DNA of 51,407 bases from positions 41,287 through 92,693 of the forward strand of contig MQRK01239951.1 of NCBI GenBank assembly GCA_001938485.1, read 5' to 3'. The DNA comes from Girardia tigrina. Lineage: Eukaryota. Below, piece by piece: positions 1 to 13,480 of this stretch; the first letter of the stretch is position 1, and the number at the start of each line of letters is the position of its first letter. Made by a program: the position numbers and the translations under genes. The notes under the pieces were generated by a model. The model did no database searches, had not been told where the DNA came from, and was given only the letters and a program-made list of their open reading frames with translations.

Positions 1-42
<42 letters not shown>
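1..42. repeat. (AT)n microsatellite
   Basis: Perfect AT dinucleotide run at the window start. Confidence 0.95.
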
Positions 43-45
<3 letters not shown>

Positions 46-639
46 ATTTTCTTCAATTTTGCATAAATCTTATTTTGTTCCTTTTTTTAATTTTTTTACA
101 ATGTTTATAAATTTAGATCTTTAGAAATATTTTAATGGACATATCCTGTAAAAAATTCAATTCCTAAATAATTTTCTCTAATTTTAAATTATTCCATTTT
201 AAATTATTTTTTTTAATAAAACTTTCCGTGTACAATAAACATTCTAATTTTATTTTAAATAGTGTTACAAAATATATCAAAATCTTCTTTAACTTCGAAG
301 ATGATATTTTAATTGTGAATTTAACTTAATTTTTATAAAAATTTGTCTCAATTTAATTAAAATATTATCATTACTCTAAAATTTTTACAAAACTTATTTC
401 ATTTTAATTAGTAATATACTATCTGTGAAATATAATTTTTACAAAAATTATTTCAATTTAATTGGTAGAAATGTTACCTATAAAATATATATTTTATAAA
501 ATCTTATTTTAATTAGTCGAACATTATTTTTAATTTATCTAAAATATAAATATGATTTTTAATTTGAAAATATCAAAAATTTAAAGTTTACCAAAAGGAA
601 CCCCAGCAGAGGAATTCCTATAAGTTCCTATAAAAGTTC

Positions 640-830
640 TTATGTCATGAACATTGTGTGTGAAGAAGCTCAATATAATCATTGGCTTGCACAATGTACA
701 TTTATCGCATTCAGAAGTATTTATATCACTTAATCTACACAACCATCAAATTGTCCACTCATATTACAAACCTCTTCGAAGCTCATTAGTCGTAAGTTAT
801 TGAGATCTCTCTAAGAGAATTAGCTTCTGA
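640..830 (-). pseudogene. Degenerate hAT transposase fragment
   Basis: Minus-strand reading VCNMSGQFDGCV..LLNAINVHCAS resembles the hAT DGASNMSG...VHCxxH motif; contains stops. Confidence 0.4.
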
Positions 831-2397
831 AATAACTAAGTTCAGATCAGTAGTGTTAATTTAAAAAAACAAATTTAATAAATTTAAATAAACAAATTTA
901 AAACTGTTTATCTGTTTTAACATCACTCACATTTTTAGAAACTATAGCGACTTGTTACATGCATTAGATTTTCTAAAGCATTTTTGCCTTTTGTTTAGTT
1001 TCGAAATAGAAAAACAATCACTGATTAGCTTGATAATTTCTAAATTACAGATTTAGAAGTAAGTCATTAAATTAATAATTAACTGTAGGAAGAAATAAAT
1101 AAAATAAAAAAATAGTGAAAATTATGCATAATTTAAAGAAACTTAAAAAGTATAATTATTTTGGACAGCTCACATTTTAAACTTAAACATTTCAAACTTT
1201 TTCTATAATTATTCACTTAAAAAGCTTAAAAGTAATTAACATAATAATTTAAATTTCTCGAGACGGCTGTATTAATTCCCCTAATTCCCACTGCTTACGC
1301 TTCTGACAATAATAATAATCATAAAAATCATGATATTTGTTTGTAATAAAAAATAAAAATAATAACTTGATTATTCAATCATTGATTGAATGATAGCTAT
1401 TTCTGAATTCATTTTTTAGTAAATGTTACAATTTTAATCTATTCGCACACGACAATGAAGAATTTTTACAATGTATTTTTGTCAAATTTAATTGTGACGT
1501 TGTCTGATTTTTTTTTATTTTTAATAATTTCTCTTAATAAATATTACTTGAAATTCAAACGACTTTTTTCATTTAATGTTTTTTTAAAGTAAAATTTCTT
1601 TTAATTTATTTAATTATATATATATATATATATATATAATTGATCCGATGTTATTTTTATAAAAAAATTAATTTTATAGTCGTTTCTTTTTGTAGATTTG
1701 TTTTTTTTAGATTTTTCGATTTTATATTTCAGTTTTTTCTTTAACAGCTTGAAAAATTTACAGTACATTTCTTTATTTGTATCAAATTTAGATAAATGTT
1801 GTTTTTTGTAACGTTTTCTACTAATAATTTTTTTGTATAATTTTATTTTTTATTACTTATTTCTATCTGATTATATTATATTTTGTAAGAATTTATCGAA
1901 CATTTTCTCATAAATTTTATTTCAGTATTTATATTTTGACTTATTTCTTTTATTTTCATTGTATTTTTCATGAAAATCGATAACTATTTATGAATATAAA
2001 TATTTATAAATAAATATGTATGAGTAAAACCATTTGTTTTTTCCATTGCCATTCAATTATTATGGCCATAAAGAGGACCATTTTACATTTTCTGGCGCCA
2101 TCGAGCACAATTTGTCTTCATAGGCGCTGAATTCTTCGTAACTGGAATCGTTCAGGTTTTCCTAGTTTTTTCGTGTTGTCTAGTGAAACCATTTTCAATG
2201 CCAATGAAGAACAATTTGCCGATTTGTTGATTGTGAAATTTATCATTTTAGTAATAAATTATATTGATAACACAATATTTCGAAAATTGTATTTCAAATT
2301 CTTTTACAACATCGCAAAAATCCAATCACTAATACTCTAAAACAAAACAATTATTAAATACATATAATTAAAAAATCACTTTTTTTCGATGCTTTAT

Positions 2398-2529
2398 ATT
2401 AGCTTGCTTTCTATGTTTCCATGGAATTTAGAAACCTATTTTTGAAGGCTTTTTACTCAATCAATTTTCTCTAAACTTTCTAAATTTACTCACTTTCGAT
2501 GACAATAAATGATTATGTGAAAATTTGAT
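2398..2529. repeat. Dispersed ~130-bp repeat, second copy at 34861-34994
   Basis: attagctt..tttagaaacctatttttgaa.gctttttactcaatc...tcgatgacaataaatgattatgtgaaaatttgat is shared by both loci in the same orientation. Confidence 0.85.
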
Positions 2530-2677
2530 GAAACTAGTAAATCAATAATTTTGTTTGCAAAAAAAACGTTTTACGATTATCCACAAATGTTTAAACTGTA
2601 TTATATAGATTTTTTGGGGGGTTTCCATATTAGCTTACTTTCTATATATATGTTCATGGAATTAATATTTTTTTTAA

Positions 2678-2788
2678 TAAATTTATTGTTATTAGTAACT
2701 ATTTAAATCTTTTGTGGAAGGGGAGATTTCATAAAAAAAATTTCAACTCTCTTTTGGAATTAAATAGTTACTAATAACAATAAATTTA
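2678..2788. repeat. Perfect 29-bp inverted repeat with 53-nt spacer
   Basis: TAAATTTATTGTTATTAGTAACTATTTAA (2678-2706) and its exact reverse complement (2760-2788). Confidence 0.9.
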
Positions 2789-4489
2789 CTAAAAATGTAA
2801 TTGTAAATTTCACTTCTACAAAAGATAACAAAAAATTTCTGTTGGTCTAGTACAGTTCTGTCCACATAAAGTATGAATATTGTTTGGAGCGCCATTGGTG
2901 GCGTTTATGTTCTGCTCTTCATCCAACATAAATAATTTCATACAAAAAACATTAAAATTTTCCAAATTGTATTTTATGACAATTTTTGAATACTCAAATA
3001 ATTTTTAGGAGATTTTAATATGATTTTTAATTTAACTATATTTTATAAATAAATGATATATGATATAATTAAAATACTGATGATTTAATATAAGAAATTA
3101 AAATATCTACTTTACACCTTATAACTATAATTTTTTGATTTACTAGTTTTCATAAGTATGTATATATAATACATTGAATTTGAATTTCGGAATTCCAATT
3201 TCATTTTTTTCTTTTTTAATTCAAATTCAAACACCATTTATTTTATCAGCTGATTAATATTCGATTAAAGTCACAAAATAGACCATTAAATCCGATGTCT
3301 TAACATTTAGAATATTTTCTAATAGAAAACACGATTGTATTTATAATTTTATATATTTTTAGACGAAGAAATAATAAATATTAAATCATTTACACATTTA
3401 ATAATTCACAATAAAAGTATTTTTAGAAATAGATGTAATTTTGTTTATAGAAAGACATCTTTATTAACAAATAGAAGTTATTTAAAAATATGTCATGACA
3501 TTTTAAGATAAATGTGTTTATGGGGCTATATAGATTAAAAGTCGTGTAACATTAGTGTTCTCGGTATTGATTCCTGGTCTCATTCCACGTTTAACCAACT
3601 TGAGGTTCCTTAATAAACCTTTGTTCTTTGAGCGTATTAAAATGCTTTTAATTCTATTTTAATTTCCCATGATCTTGTATACATTGTTAAAAGTTTTAAG
3701 ATGTAGATATGGTACCTGTAGTCACAGTTAACTGCTCATATCTAATACAATATTAAATGTCTATAATGGTTAAATTGAAAAAGTAAATTGCAAAAGAGAG
3801 ATTTCAAATGCTTTTTTTTGTTACGATACCCATTACAACTCGATTTAAGTATAAAACTTGCAATTTATGTTCCAAAGTGCTTTAAGAATATATGTGTACC
3901 TTTATTCTAAATCGTGAAGTTAATTTTCTCGTTCTCTTGTCATAAAAATATTAAATAACTAAACAGGTGACAATATTTTTCGCCTCTCAATAATAAAAAT
4001 TTAGCATGAATGGGAAAATCTTTGAATATAATACAAAAGGTTTAGTCATAAGACAGCTGTAAAATGAGTATAGTATTCTTAATTGATACTAAAAATGTAT
4101 ATATTGGAAATACTTTGAATTGCTATTGTATATCTTAGTGATTAATTGCTTAACAATTTCAGCTTTTAAATAATTCCACTAAACATGAATTAGCTTAAGA
4201 CAACAAATTTTTGTAGTATAATGTATGTATATATATATATATTGAATTCGGACTTGGATTATTTAAAAAATATATCTCAGAAACTTTATTAGTTCAAATT
4301 AAAATTAATTTTAATTATTTTTAAAAGTACTAAATTGTTTAATTTCTTTAAAAATTTAAAATAAATTAGTAAAACTATTTAAATTTAAAAGTGATTTTAA
4401 AATTTAAAATAACAAAACATAAATATTAGCATTAAAATCCAGCTTAAATTAAATTATTGTCAGGTAAGAATTAAAATATTTTTTGAAAT

Positions 4490-4830
4490 AGCTACCTGTT
4501 AACAGATTGTCGGAAACGAGTGCTGTCACACTTCACTAAAGAGATTGAGTAGATGTGCAGTGCAAGTAACATGGACACCATGGAAGAATACAGCCTTGAG
4601 GTTACTGTTTCAAATCTTGAACATATATTTCGCATTGTCAGTAACAAATGCACTAATTTTTGAAAGCAGAATTTAAAATTTATACAATATATTTAATACA
4701 ACTTCACAAACCCTCTTAAAGTTTGTTGATGGCAAAATAATCCATTCGAGAAGAAATACAGATGGTTTATACTTTTCGTTTGGATCTATCTGTGTATGAG
4801 AGACACAATTCTAAATTAACACGCAACACA
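4490..4830 (-). pseudogene. hAT transposase remnant (catalytic D2 and CxxH region)
   Basis: Minus strand: ISAFVTDNAKYMFKI*NSNLKAVFFHGVHVTCTAHLLNLFSEV. Confidence 0.75.
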
Positions 4831-5796
4831 TCAAACATAAAAATTCCGCACAAAAAGAATAATGAACAATTAAAAAAATCTATAATGAAAATTACAATCC
4901 AAAATAAAAAATATCGAAAATTTGAAAAAATCCTTTTAAAAAGTATTGTAATTAAAAAACATTTATTATCGTATATTTGCAAGACCAAATTTGATTTATA
5001 TAAGTATCGTTTTGCTTCTAATAACAAAATATAATCAACGATTGGGATTCAGAAATAACCGCTTCACCAAAATCTACAATTTTAAGTAATAATAATATTT
5101 TTGAGAAACATATGTGAAAAAATCTAAATAGAAAAGGTTAATAACAGTTATATCATCAACAATAGTTTTAAAAATTTTCTATTTAAATTAAACTCATTTG
5201 TTATTGTTTTTAATTAAACCTAAAATTTTGTTTAGAAAATTTAATTGTTTAATTTTGTAATGATTTTTAAAATAAATAAAAATCAGTCAAAATAAAAGAA
5301 TGTTAATTAGGATTTAAAATATTTTTCTAGGTCTAAAACATTTAATGTTGTCTCTTATTTTGAATATCTATTTTATTACTTTTTAAATCTTAATAACTCT
5401 TTAATAACAATCTAAATATATTAAAGTCTAAATATATAAAAATATGTTCGCATTTCCATAAACAGATTATTGAATATGTTAAGATGTTAAATCGTTCAGC
5501 TCTGTACTTCAAATATTAAATAAACATAATGAAGAATAAGGTGTATACAAGAATAGTCACTCATTTCTGGATATATGTAATTTTGTTTGTATAAAATTCA
5601 GATTTAGAAGATTGATCGCCTTACGTAGCCTATCTAATAAATACTTGAACTGACTTACCGAAGAGGCTTTGAAGTTATATTTTGCTATTTGCTATTTGGC
5701 TATTTATATTTGGGCTGTTTGCGAGGTACCTACTGATTGTGAGGTCAACTAGTCAAAGTTTCGATCACTTTTCTAGCTGTTTTTTCTCTTATAAAA

Positions 5797-5910
5797 ATGC
5801 AAATTGATAAAGAGATAGAACGACTAAACATCAGATTTTTGTTGAAACTTGAGAAAAACTCAAGATATTTATGAAATATTTCCGGCTGTTTATGGAGATA
5901 ATGCATACTT
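5797..5910 (+). pseudogene. Mariner transposase N-terminal fragment
   Basis: MQIDKEIERLNIRFLLKLEKTQDIYEIFPAVYGDNA resembles mariner IKFCVKLGK..E.....AYGDNA. Confidence 0.55.
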
Positions 5911-6065
5911 ATAACATTATAATTTTTTTGAATATATTTAATTATTTTGATATAATGAAAGTCGTACTTATGGAACTTGTTATAGTAAAAATCATTTATT
6001 ATTTTTAATAATTGTTATAATTACAAATTTGTTGAATTAATTTTACAATTTTAAACTTATTTTAG

Positions 6066-6368
6066 TTTTCAAGAAGCCTCTTCATGAAGATGAAATTGCA
6101 TGTGTTGTAATAGAAGTGTTAAAAGGATTAAACTACCTACACAAGCGTAATTTTATTCACAGAGATATAAAAGCAAGCAATATATTGCTAACTGAATCTG
6201 GTCAAGTTAAACTGGGTGATTTTGGTTCAAGCAGTTTTTTAAATCCTGCAAACACATTTGTTGGTACTCCGTTTTGGATAGCACCTGAAGTTATTTTAGC
6301 GATGGAAAGCGGTTTGTATAATTTCAAAGTAGATATTTGGTCTTTGGGTATCACATGCATCGAAATGG
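6066..6368 (+). CDS. TAO: TAO-family STE20 kinase, exon encoding the catalytic loop and activation segment
   Basis: tttag|TT TTC AAG...GAA ATG G|gtatca. Encodes [11 protein letters not shown]...[12 protein letters not shown]...[54 protein letters not shown], matching the TAO signature [35 protein letters not shown]. Confidence 0.95.
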
Positions 6369-6589
6369 GTATCATTTATACTTTTTATTTTGTTTTATTT
6401 AAGTCATTTTCATAATTTCTCTTTTACAATTAAATATATAATGATTTTGATTATTATATTATTTTAAAATTGAAAATTATATTTAAATTTTGTATTTACC
6501 TGCATTTAATCAAATGTATGAAAAATATTCAGATTAGAGAAACAAGAAAGCGAAGTCCCTGTGCAAATGACTCAGAACTTGCAAACTAT

Positions 6590-9500
6590 GGGACTGTACA
6601 GTTAAATGAGTACAATTAATGAGTACAAGATAGAAACTCATGGAGAACCAGTACTGGTAAAACCGTATAGACAACTGAAACATTTTGAAGTGAAACTAGA
6701 TGATATTATAAAAAACTTCGAAGAAAATGATATTATCGGAAAGTGTAGTTCTCCTTGGAACTTTCTCTTGGTATGTGTATGGAAGAAAGAAAAGCAAGAG
6801 TATGTGTATATTTTCGTCAGTTGAATAAAATCACCGTCTGACCAGCGTTTCCAATGCCAAATGTAGACGATATGTTGAATGCACTAAATGGAGCAAAATA
6901 TTTTAGTACAATCGATTTGGGAAACGCTTACCATCAAGTAGAATTATAAGATGAGTCAAAGATTAAGACGGCATTTTCAACAAAGTACGGGCCGTACTGT
7001 ACGGCCAATACTGTTTCAAAAGAATGCCTTTTGGAATTGCTGCGGCCCCAGCAACTTTTCAGGAGCAAATGGTGAAAGTTTTGGAAGATTTGAATTGGAG
7101 AGAAGCAGTCGTATACTGGGTGATATTTTGATTTTTGCAAAAGATAAGAAAGAACATATTCAAAGAGTAAATAATGTATTTGAGAAAATTAAACAATCAG
7201 TTTTGAGAATTGTTGGGTTCTTGATCGAGATTAAGACTCATTAACACCAAAATTTTATTTCTAACACAATTAACAATTATTCAAACAATTTTTAATTAAC
7301 AATTTTTTAATAGCAATTTTTCGTCGAGGAACTTTTCTTCGTTTTCTTTTTGACCCGATTTTTATATAAAAATACGGAAATATAAATACTGATAAGCTAT
7401 TTTAAAATTGAAATTTTTTTATTCTCTTTATTTTGCAAATTTACATTCCACTATTTTATGCAGTTTAATTTAAATTGAAACCAACATAATTTATTGTAGT
7501 CATATTTTTACTAAATTAACAAAAATGATTTTTTATTATTTTAGAATTAGTTTAATGTTATTTTCTTTTATTTGTGAAAACGTTTTTAATTAATAAAAGA
7601 TTTTAACGTTTTATTTATTATCAATATTTCAGTTTAAAAGCATTTTATTATCTACAATTATTTTAAATACAATACAAATTTTAAATACAATTTAAATACA
7701 AAAAATAATTTACAGTATTCAAAATTTTTATTATTATTACGATACATTAATGATAAAAGTTTTAATTTTTATTTTTTTACAAAAACTGTTTAGAATTAAG
7801 TATTTGTCAAATCTTTAATTTGCAGAATTTCAAACTAACTTTAAAATTTAAAATTATCTGTTTTTTTACTTTACATCTCTGGCAACAAAGTTCATTATTT
7901 TATTTTTTAGAATACCTTTTAAAATTAGTACAAACATAATTATCCTTGTCTTTATTTCTTTTAAATCAATTATTTAAAAATCCATTATTTCCCAAATAAT
8001 TTCATTTTAAGTTTTTACTCTACAAATAAAATTCGATTATTTCCGAAGATAACTTTTTAAAATTAATTAAGATATATTTTTTTAAATTATAATTGCTTAA
8101 AAAAACTTTTGATTTTAAATATTAATTGTTTCAAAAATTTTAAGAGTGAGCCTGTCCTTCACAAGAATAAACCCAGAGAAGTGTCAATTTTTTGTAGAAA
8201 ACACTAAATTTTTAGGATATATTTTAACTAAAGATGATATTAAAACAGATAAAACAATGATTGACACGATAAGCAAGTTTCAAAGCCCATCATGCATTAA
8301 ACATTTATGGAGCTTTTTGGGCTTTATAAATTATTGCAGGAAATTTATAAAGGATTACATGTGATATGCAAAAGTATTGGTAGGTTTATGTGGTGAAAAT
8401 AAGGATAAGAAACGGATTTGGACTAAAAAATGTGATGAAGCTTTTCAAAAACTAAAAGAAAGAATGATTAAAATCCAGATTTTGGTATATCCTGATTTTT
8501 ATAAAGACTTCATACTGGATACAAATGCAAGTTTTGATACGATAGGTGCGGTGTTATCACAGAAAGACGAATGTGGAAGAGAAAGGGTGATTGCATATGG
8601 ATCACATAAAATGAATAAACATGAACTAGGCTATTGCATTGCAAGGAAAGAACTACTTGCAATTTATTATTTCATACAGCATTTTAAACATTTCTTGTGT
8701 GGAAAAGGATTTTTGTTGCGAACAGATCATAAAGCTATTATGTTTATGATGACTACAAAGAACCCTATCTCATCACAGTTCCAAACATGTATATATTTTC
8801 TGAGTAGTCTTGACATGAAAATGGAATATCGAAAAGGTGAAAAACATTCAAATGCGGATTCAATGTCAAGAAATTCGTTTGAATTGTGCAATCAGTGTCA
8901 TACAATGCATGAAATGGCTAAGAAAAGAAAGATTAAAACAAGAATACTGGTACTAAACGAAGAATCAAATGGTTTTAAATGACCGAAGAATAATAATGAA
9001 ATATATAGATAATCGAGGACATTAGTAAAGGCAGAAAAAAATGGGCACTAAAACTGATATCGTCATAACTCAAGATAATAAATACTGGATCCCAAAGGCA
9101 GAGCGAGCAAATTTTATTAAAGAAATGTTGTAAAGAAATTGTTGTGTCATGCAAGTAGTAAAAAGGTCTATAACTACCTCCGAGATGATTTAGACATGGA
9201 AGATATGAGAGAATTTATAAAATCAATTGTTCAAAGTTGCTTAAATTGTCAAAAAATGAAGACATTAACAACCAAAACGAAAGAAATGCATATAAAGCAA
9301 TCATATCGGATGAACCTTTCCAGAAATACATTGATTTTACATTGACTGTAGTGAAGCATTCATAAGAAATATAAATGAATGTCAATATATACTTGCATTA
9401 ATTGACCAGTTCAGTAGATATATTAGCCTGAATGTTGCGGCTAGTCAAGATGAAAAAAACAGTTAGAAAATTGTTATTGGATAGATGAATTTGGAAATTT

Positions 9501-9810
9501 GGACCACCAAAAGAAATACATGTAGATAGTGAAAAAACATTTGAATCAGCTTTTTTCAAGGATACGGCGATAAATTTCAAAGTCGAGATATTCTATTCGA
9601 GTTCATATCATCATGATACAAATGCAATCGTGGATAGTTTCGCACGATCAGAGATGCTTTGAATATTAGAATGAAGGATGGAGATCATAAAGATTGGACA
9701 GAAGTTTTATCAGAAATTGAGTTCATGTTAAATAGTACTGTACAAGCTACGACAGGCATGTCACCGGCCGAGATAGTATTTGGAAGAAAATTGAGACATT
9801 GGTGGAAAAC
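6590..9810 (+). mobile_element. Decayed Ty3/Gypsy pol (RT-RNase H-integrase), interrupted by a solo LTR
   Basis: KPYRQ, CSSPWN, FPMPNVDDML..KYFSTIDLGNAYHQ, V(Y)LGDILIF, FILDTNASFDTIGAVLSQ, FLLRTDHKA, HSNADSMSR, integrase H..C..C and FGPPKEIHVD. Many stops and frameshifts; ends approximate. Confidence 0.92.
7211..8163. mobile_element. AT-rich solo LTR (953 bp) with 5-bp TSD AGAAT
   Basis: agaat|TGTTGGG...CTTCACA|agaat. Removing it restores the Gypsy RT reading LRINPEKC. Confidence 0.85.
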
Positions 9811-10249
9811 AATTTTATTTAGAATTTTAAAATAAATAGATTAAATTAATTTTTTTTAAATAACTAATAATTATTTTAATTTTTATCCATTAAGTTTTGA
9901 GTAAATATTTTAACAACTTATTTATTTCTCCAGATATTCAGATAATAAGATTAAAGTCATTAATTAATAGACTGATGCAAAATTACGAAAGCTTTAACAA
10001 AGATTGTCCTGAGGACAATCAAACTAGTTGTAATAATAAAAATGTTTAAAGTCATATTAGTGTTCTTAATAGTCGGTCATGTTCAATCTCACATAGAAGA
10101 ATATTTTTCTTCAAAATAAACTAAATTTTATGAACAGGGAATTGAAACTCCAGAAACATGATGATCAAAGGTCCTTGATAACAATGCAAATTATATAATT
10201 GATTACAAATAAAATTAAATTCTTTTTTTGTTGCCATTTAAATAGTTGA

Positions 10250-11080
10250 ATATTTATTGCTATCCCTAATACATATAGTTGATCCACTACGACCTTTAAT
10301 AACAACTTCAAGATGCTCGGGCATAGTTAATACAAGCCAAGTAAAGTTCCTTTGAGATTTCCTTCACCAAAGATTTCTTTCTCCAACCATTGTTTTCGAT
10401 CGAATTGCATCCCGGAGTTTCCAGACCAATCCAGTAGACAGATGTTTTTTACTCGAAACCAATCTAGACTGCTCTGTGTCACATGAAATGGGGCCAAATA
10501 TTGCATAAGTATAGTACATTCATGATTCTCAATAAAGTCCTGCAGCTTTGTTTTCAACATATCAGTCTGTATCTTGGAATTCATTCGAGTATTGTCCCCA
10601 AGAATGATCAAAGGGATGTTTCATTGTTGGTATTATGAAATGTTCATTGTATCGATATCTAAAAGGCTGTCTAAACTAACAACAACGTTCACCAAACTGT
10701 GCAACCTAAAATTCATCGGAATACATGTCCATCTGCAACTCCTCCACTGACCAATGCTGATGCTGTTGGGCAAACTCGAGTTGTTTCTTTCTTCATTGAT
10801 TTCGTCAGAAATGGTTTCTTATGAGGTCTGTATGTCAACAATTTCATCATTTTAGTTGTCTACTGATTGTAAACCAATACAATGTATCACTTGATAGATC
10901 CAAATGTTGTCTTATGCTTCCAAAAGGGATTCGATTTGAATTTCTCCAGATTTGAATTTGGGTACAGAATTTACATACATTCAGAAATAACACACCACAT
11001 TGTTAGCAACATCAAATTAGGTTACGCTTAACCTTCCGATTAAACTCCATTGAAGTCAAAAAACAGCCAAGACATATGAA
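10250..11080 (-). pseudogene. Degenerate Tc1 transposase
   Basis: Minus-strand LEFAQQHQHWSVEE...YSDE, MQYLAPFH (QDxAPxH), LLDWSGNS (WPGNSPDL); ends approximate. Confidence 0.7.
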
Positions 11081-11912
11081 ATCTCTATTATCTTACATAA
11101 ATAATTTGAATTTTTTTAATTTTAATTTTCCGAGTTTATTTATACGTAGTTTTTAAATGCTTTCTATGCCAAATTTGAGCAACAATTGAAGCATACATCT
11201 GTAATAGTTAACAACTGAGTCTCAGTATAACCTTTCCCGTAAGCCGTATATTTTCAATTATTGATTGAAATAAAATTGGAAATTAAAACAAAATTTATTT
11301 ATTCAAACTATGTTTTAATTCGGTAGATATAAGTTGGGACATTTACTTTTTAAAAAAAACATTGGGAAATATTAAATGTATGAAAATGACTGTTTATAAA
11401 TGATCTACTTATTTATTATATATAAAAAATTATAGCTCCAACTTCTTTGCATCATAAACGTAAACAGATTCTTAAATAGTAAAATAATTATTAAAATAAA
11501 AGTCATTTAATTTCGAAACTCTCTATAAATAAATATTTATTTTCTCACAAAAATCTTATCCAGATCATTTTTCATTACTAGAAATAAATTTAAGGATTAA
11601 TTTTTAAATTACTATATTAGTTTTCCATAAATAAATTTATATTAGAGAGAAGTCTGACCATATTATAAAATATGCAATTTAGATTGTTTACATTTGTGAG
11701 GAATATATTCAAGTGTGTTGTATGATGTATTTTGTAAGTTATATATTGTTTCTTGTCCAAGATGATTAATTGATATATTATATCTTACTGTCATTTACTA
11801 AATTTGAATTTCCAATTTCGATAGAATTAACATTTGTAAACGGCAAAAGTAGTTAGATTTTTTAAGAGTTTTTAAAATTCAAATTTAAATACATTTTGAC
11901 AAATGTGATAAC

Positions 11913-12653
11913 TAGGGCCACTTTTTTTCGCGTTCACGAAAAAACACCACCAATTCGCGGGAAAATGCCAAAATCGCAAAAAAATAAGAAAAAGTATTGT
12001 GAAAATGAAAAATCTCTATATATCAGGTGGGAAATAACCTGGTTTCAAAATTTTGAGAGCTCTGAAGTTATTCGATTTTACTGTTTTAGGCGCAATAGAA
12101 GACATACATAAATGAGTGTACCCACATTCTTGCTTTAAATCACAATGAAGTCACTGGAGCTACCAAAGTATCGTCAACGTGCTTTTGAGATTTCCTCTAC
12201 TATTTCGATTTATGCGTTCTGAAAGTCAGTCACAGATTACGTACCCCTGTTGTATCAATGGACAGTTAATTTTTCACAGTATTCAGTTCTCACTATAGAT
12301 GTCGAACGATCGTTTAGTTGCTACAAGGTAATTTTTGATCCCAATCGAACCACCTTCACAGCAGATAACCTCCAAACTGTTAAAAAGTTGTCATTCAATT
12401 ATGCAGTCAAGTGAACAATGTTTTGGTTGAAAAGGTTTTTTCTATTAATACATTCTGAAACGCTTTTAATTTCTTTTTACATGATTATAATTTTAACTGT
12501 CAAATTATTTTAAAATGAAATTTCAATAAACCTTTTTCGGTGTTAAAAATCGTAGGTATAAAGTTAAAATAATTGGTATCTCTAAATATATATTCAGAGT
12601 GACATAATCGCAAAAAATCGCGAAATTTGACATCGCGAAAAAAAGGGGCCCTA
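11913..12653 (+). mobile_element. Internally deleted hAT element (TAGGG termini)
   Basis: TIRs TAGGGCCaCTTTTTTTCGCG / CGCGAAAAAAAGgGGCCCTA; 8-bp TSD GTGATAAC/GTGATAAT; internal DVERSFSCYKVIFDPNRTTFTADNL (hAT C-terminal catalytic-E/dimerisation region). Confidence 0.88.
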
Positions 12654-12948
12654 GTGATAATTTATCACTGATAAGTTATATTTTTTGTCAATAACCCGGA
12701 TCTATCAATTGAGAACGATGAAATGCAGTGATAATCATACTAAATTTATAGTATAAATCATGCTCTAAGCAGCATTCGTTTTTGAGTTCGCTATTTTTAT
12801 CTTATCTTTAATGTAATTTTTTGATATTATGGTTAAAAATAAAACAAATTTTTGAAATAAGAAAAAGATAAATATCTTCAAAACTTTAATATATATTACT
12901 AAAATTGTTTTATAAAGTATTAATTGAAGCTATTGATTTGTTTTGTAG

Positions 12949-13286
12949 CTGAGATGGAGCCACCTCATTTTAAAACACTCAATCCCATGGCAGCAATGTA
13001 TCATATTGCATCAAATGAGTCCCCACATCTTTCAGATTTGTCTTTATGGACTTATGATTTTGTATCATTAGTTGTTGCATTTTTAAACAAATCACCAGAC
13101 AGTCGGCCTTCTGCAGAAAATGCTCTCCATTTCAAATTTTGTATCATAAAACGGGATCCAAATACTTTACTTCGAATGATAAAAAATGCCAGAAATGCTG
13201 TCGCTGCCAGAGAAAAGTTAAATAAATCAGATAAAATGAAGAAAATTTTACTTCAATCTACTTCGGAAAGTGGTGATCTTCCACAT
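12949..13286 (+). CDS. TAO: TAO kinase exon (end of kinase domain)
   Basis: ttttgtag|CT GAG completes G|CT=Ala (phase 1). EMEPPHFKTLNPMAAMYHIASNESP...DSRPSAE...KMKKILLQ resembles TAO [24 protein letters not shown]...RKMKKLLFQ. Donor CAT|gtaatt. Confidence 0.93.
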
Positions 13287-13330
13287 GTAATTTTTTGATT
13301 TTTTAACAATGAAATTGATAATAAGTAAAG

Positions 13331-13480
13331 AATCAATCCAAACCCCATTCATTTATGGAGAACAGTCTTAATGAAGAGTTGCGTAGATTCGACAGATCTA
13401 AACATTCTTCAAAAAGTTCTGATACATCTACTATATCTTTTGAAGTTCTTGAAAATTTGAGTTCATTGGAATTGTCAACC
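13331..13480 (+). CDS. TAO: TAO kinase exon (Ser-rich linker), after a 44-nt intron
   Basis: taaag|AAT CAA...TCA ACC|gtaatt. 150 nt open, phase 0-0: NQSKPHSFMENSLNEELRRFDRSKHSSKSSDTSTISFEVLENLSSLELST. Confidence 0.7.

Noticed and set aside
42-608. Possible further solo LTR (TGTT...CCCCAGCA)
   Set aside because: Similar composition to the others, but no TSD and the left flank is a microsatellite; not supportable as a feature.
4762-5034. Overlapping 90-aa and 86-aa ORFs
   Set aside because: K/I/N- and F/L-biased translations of AT-rich DNA with no homology cues.
1-6065. Upstream TAO exons (GxGxxG, VAIK, MEYC)
   Set aside because: No such motifs found by eye; probably outside the window.
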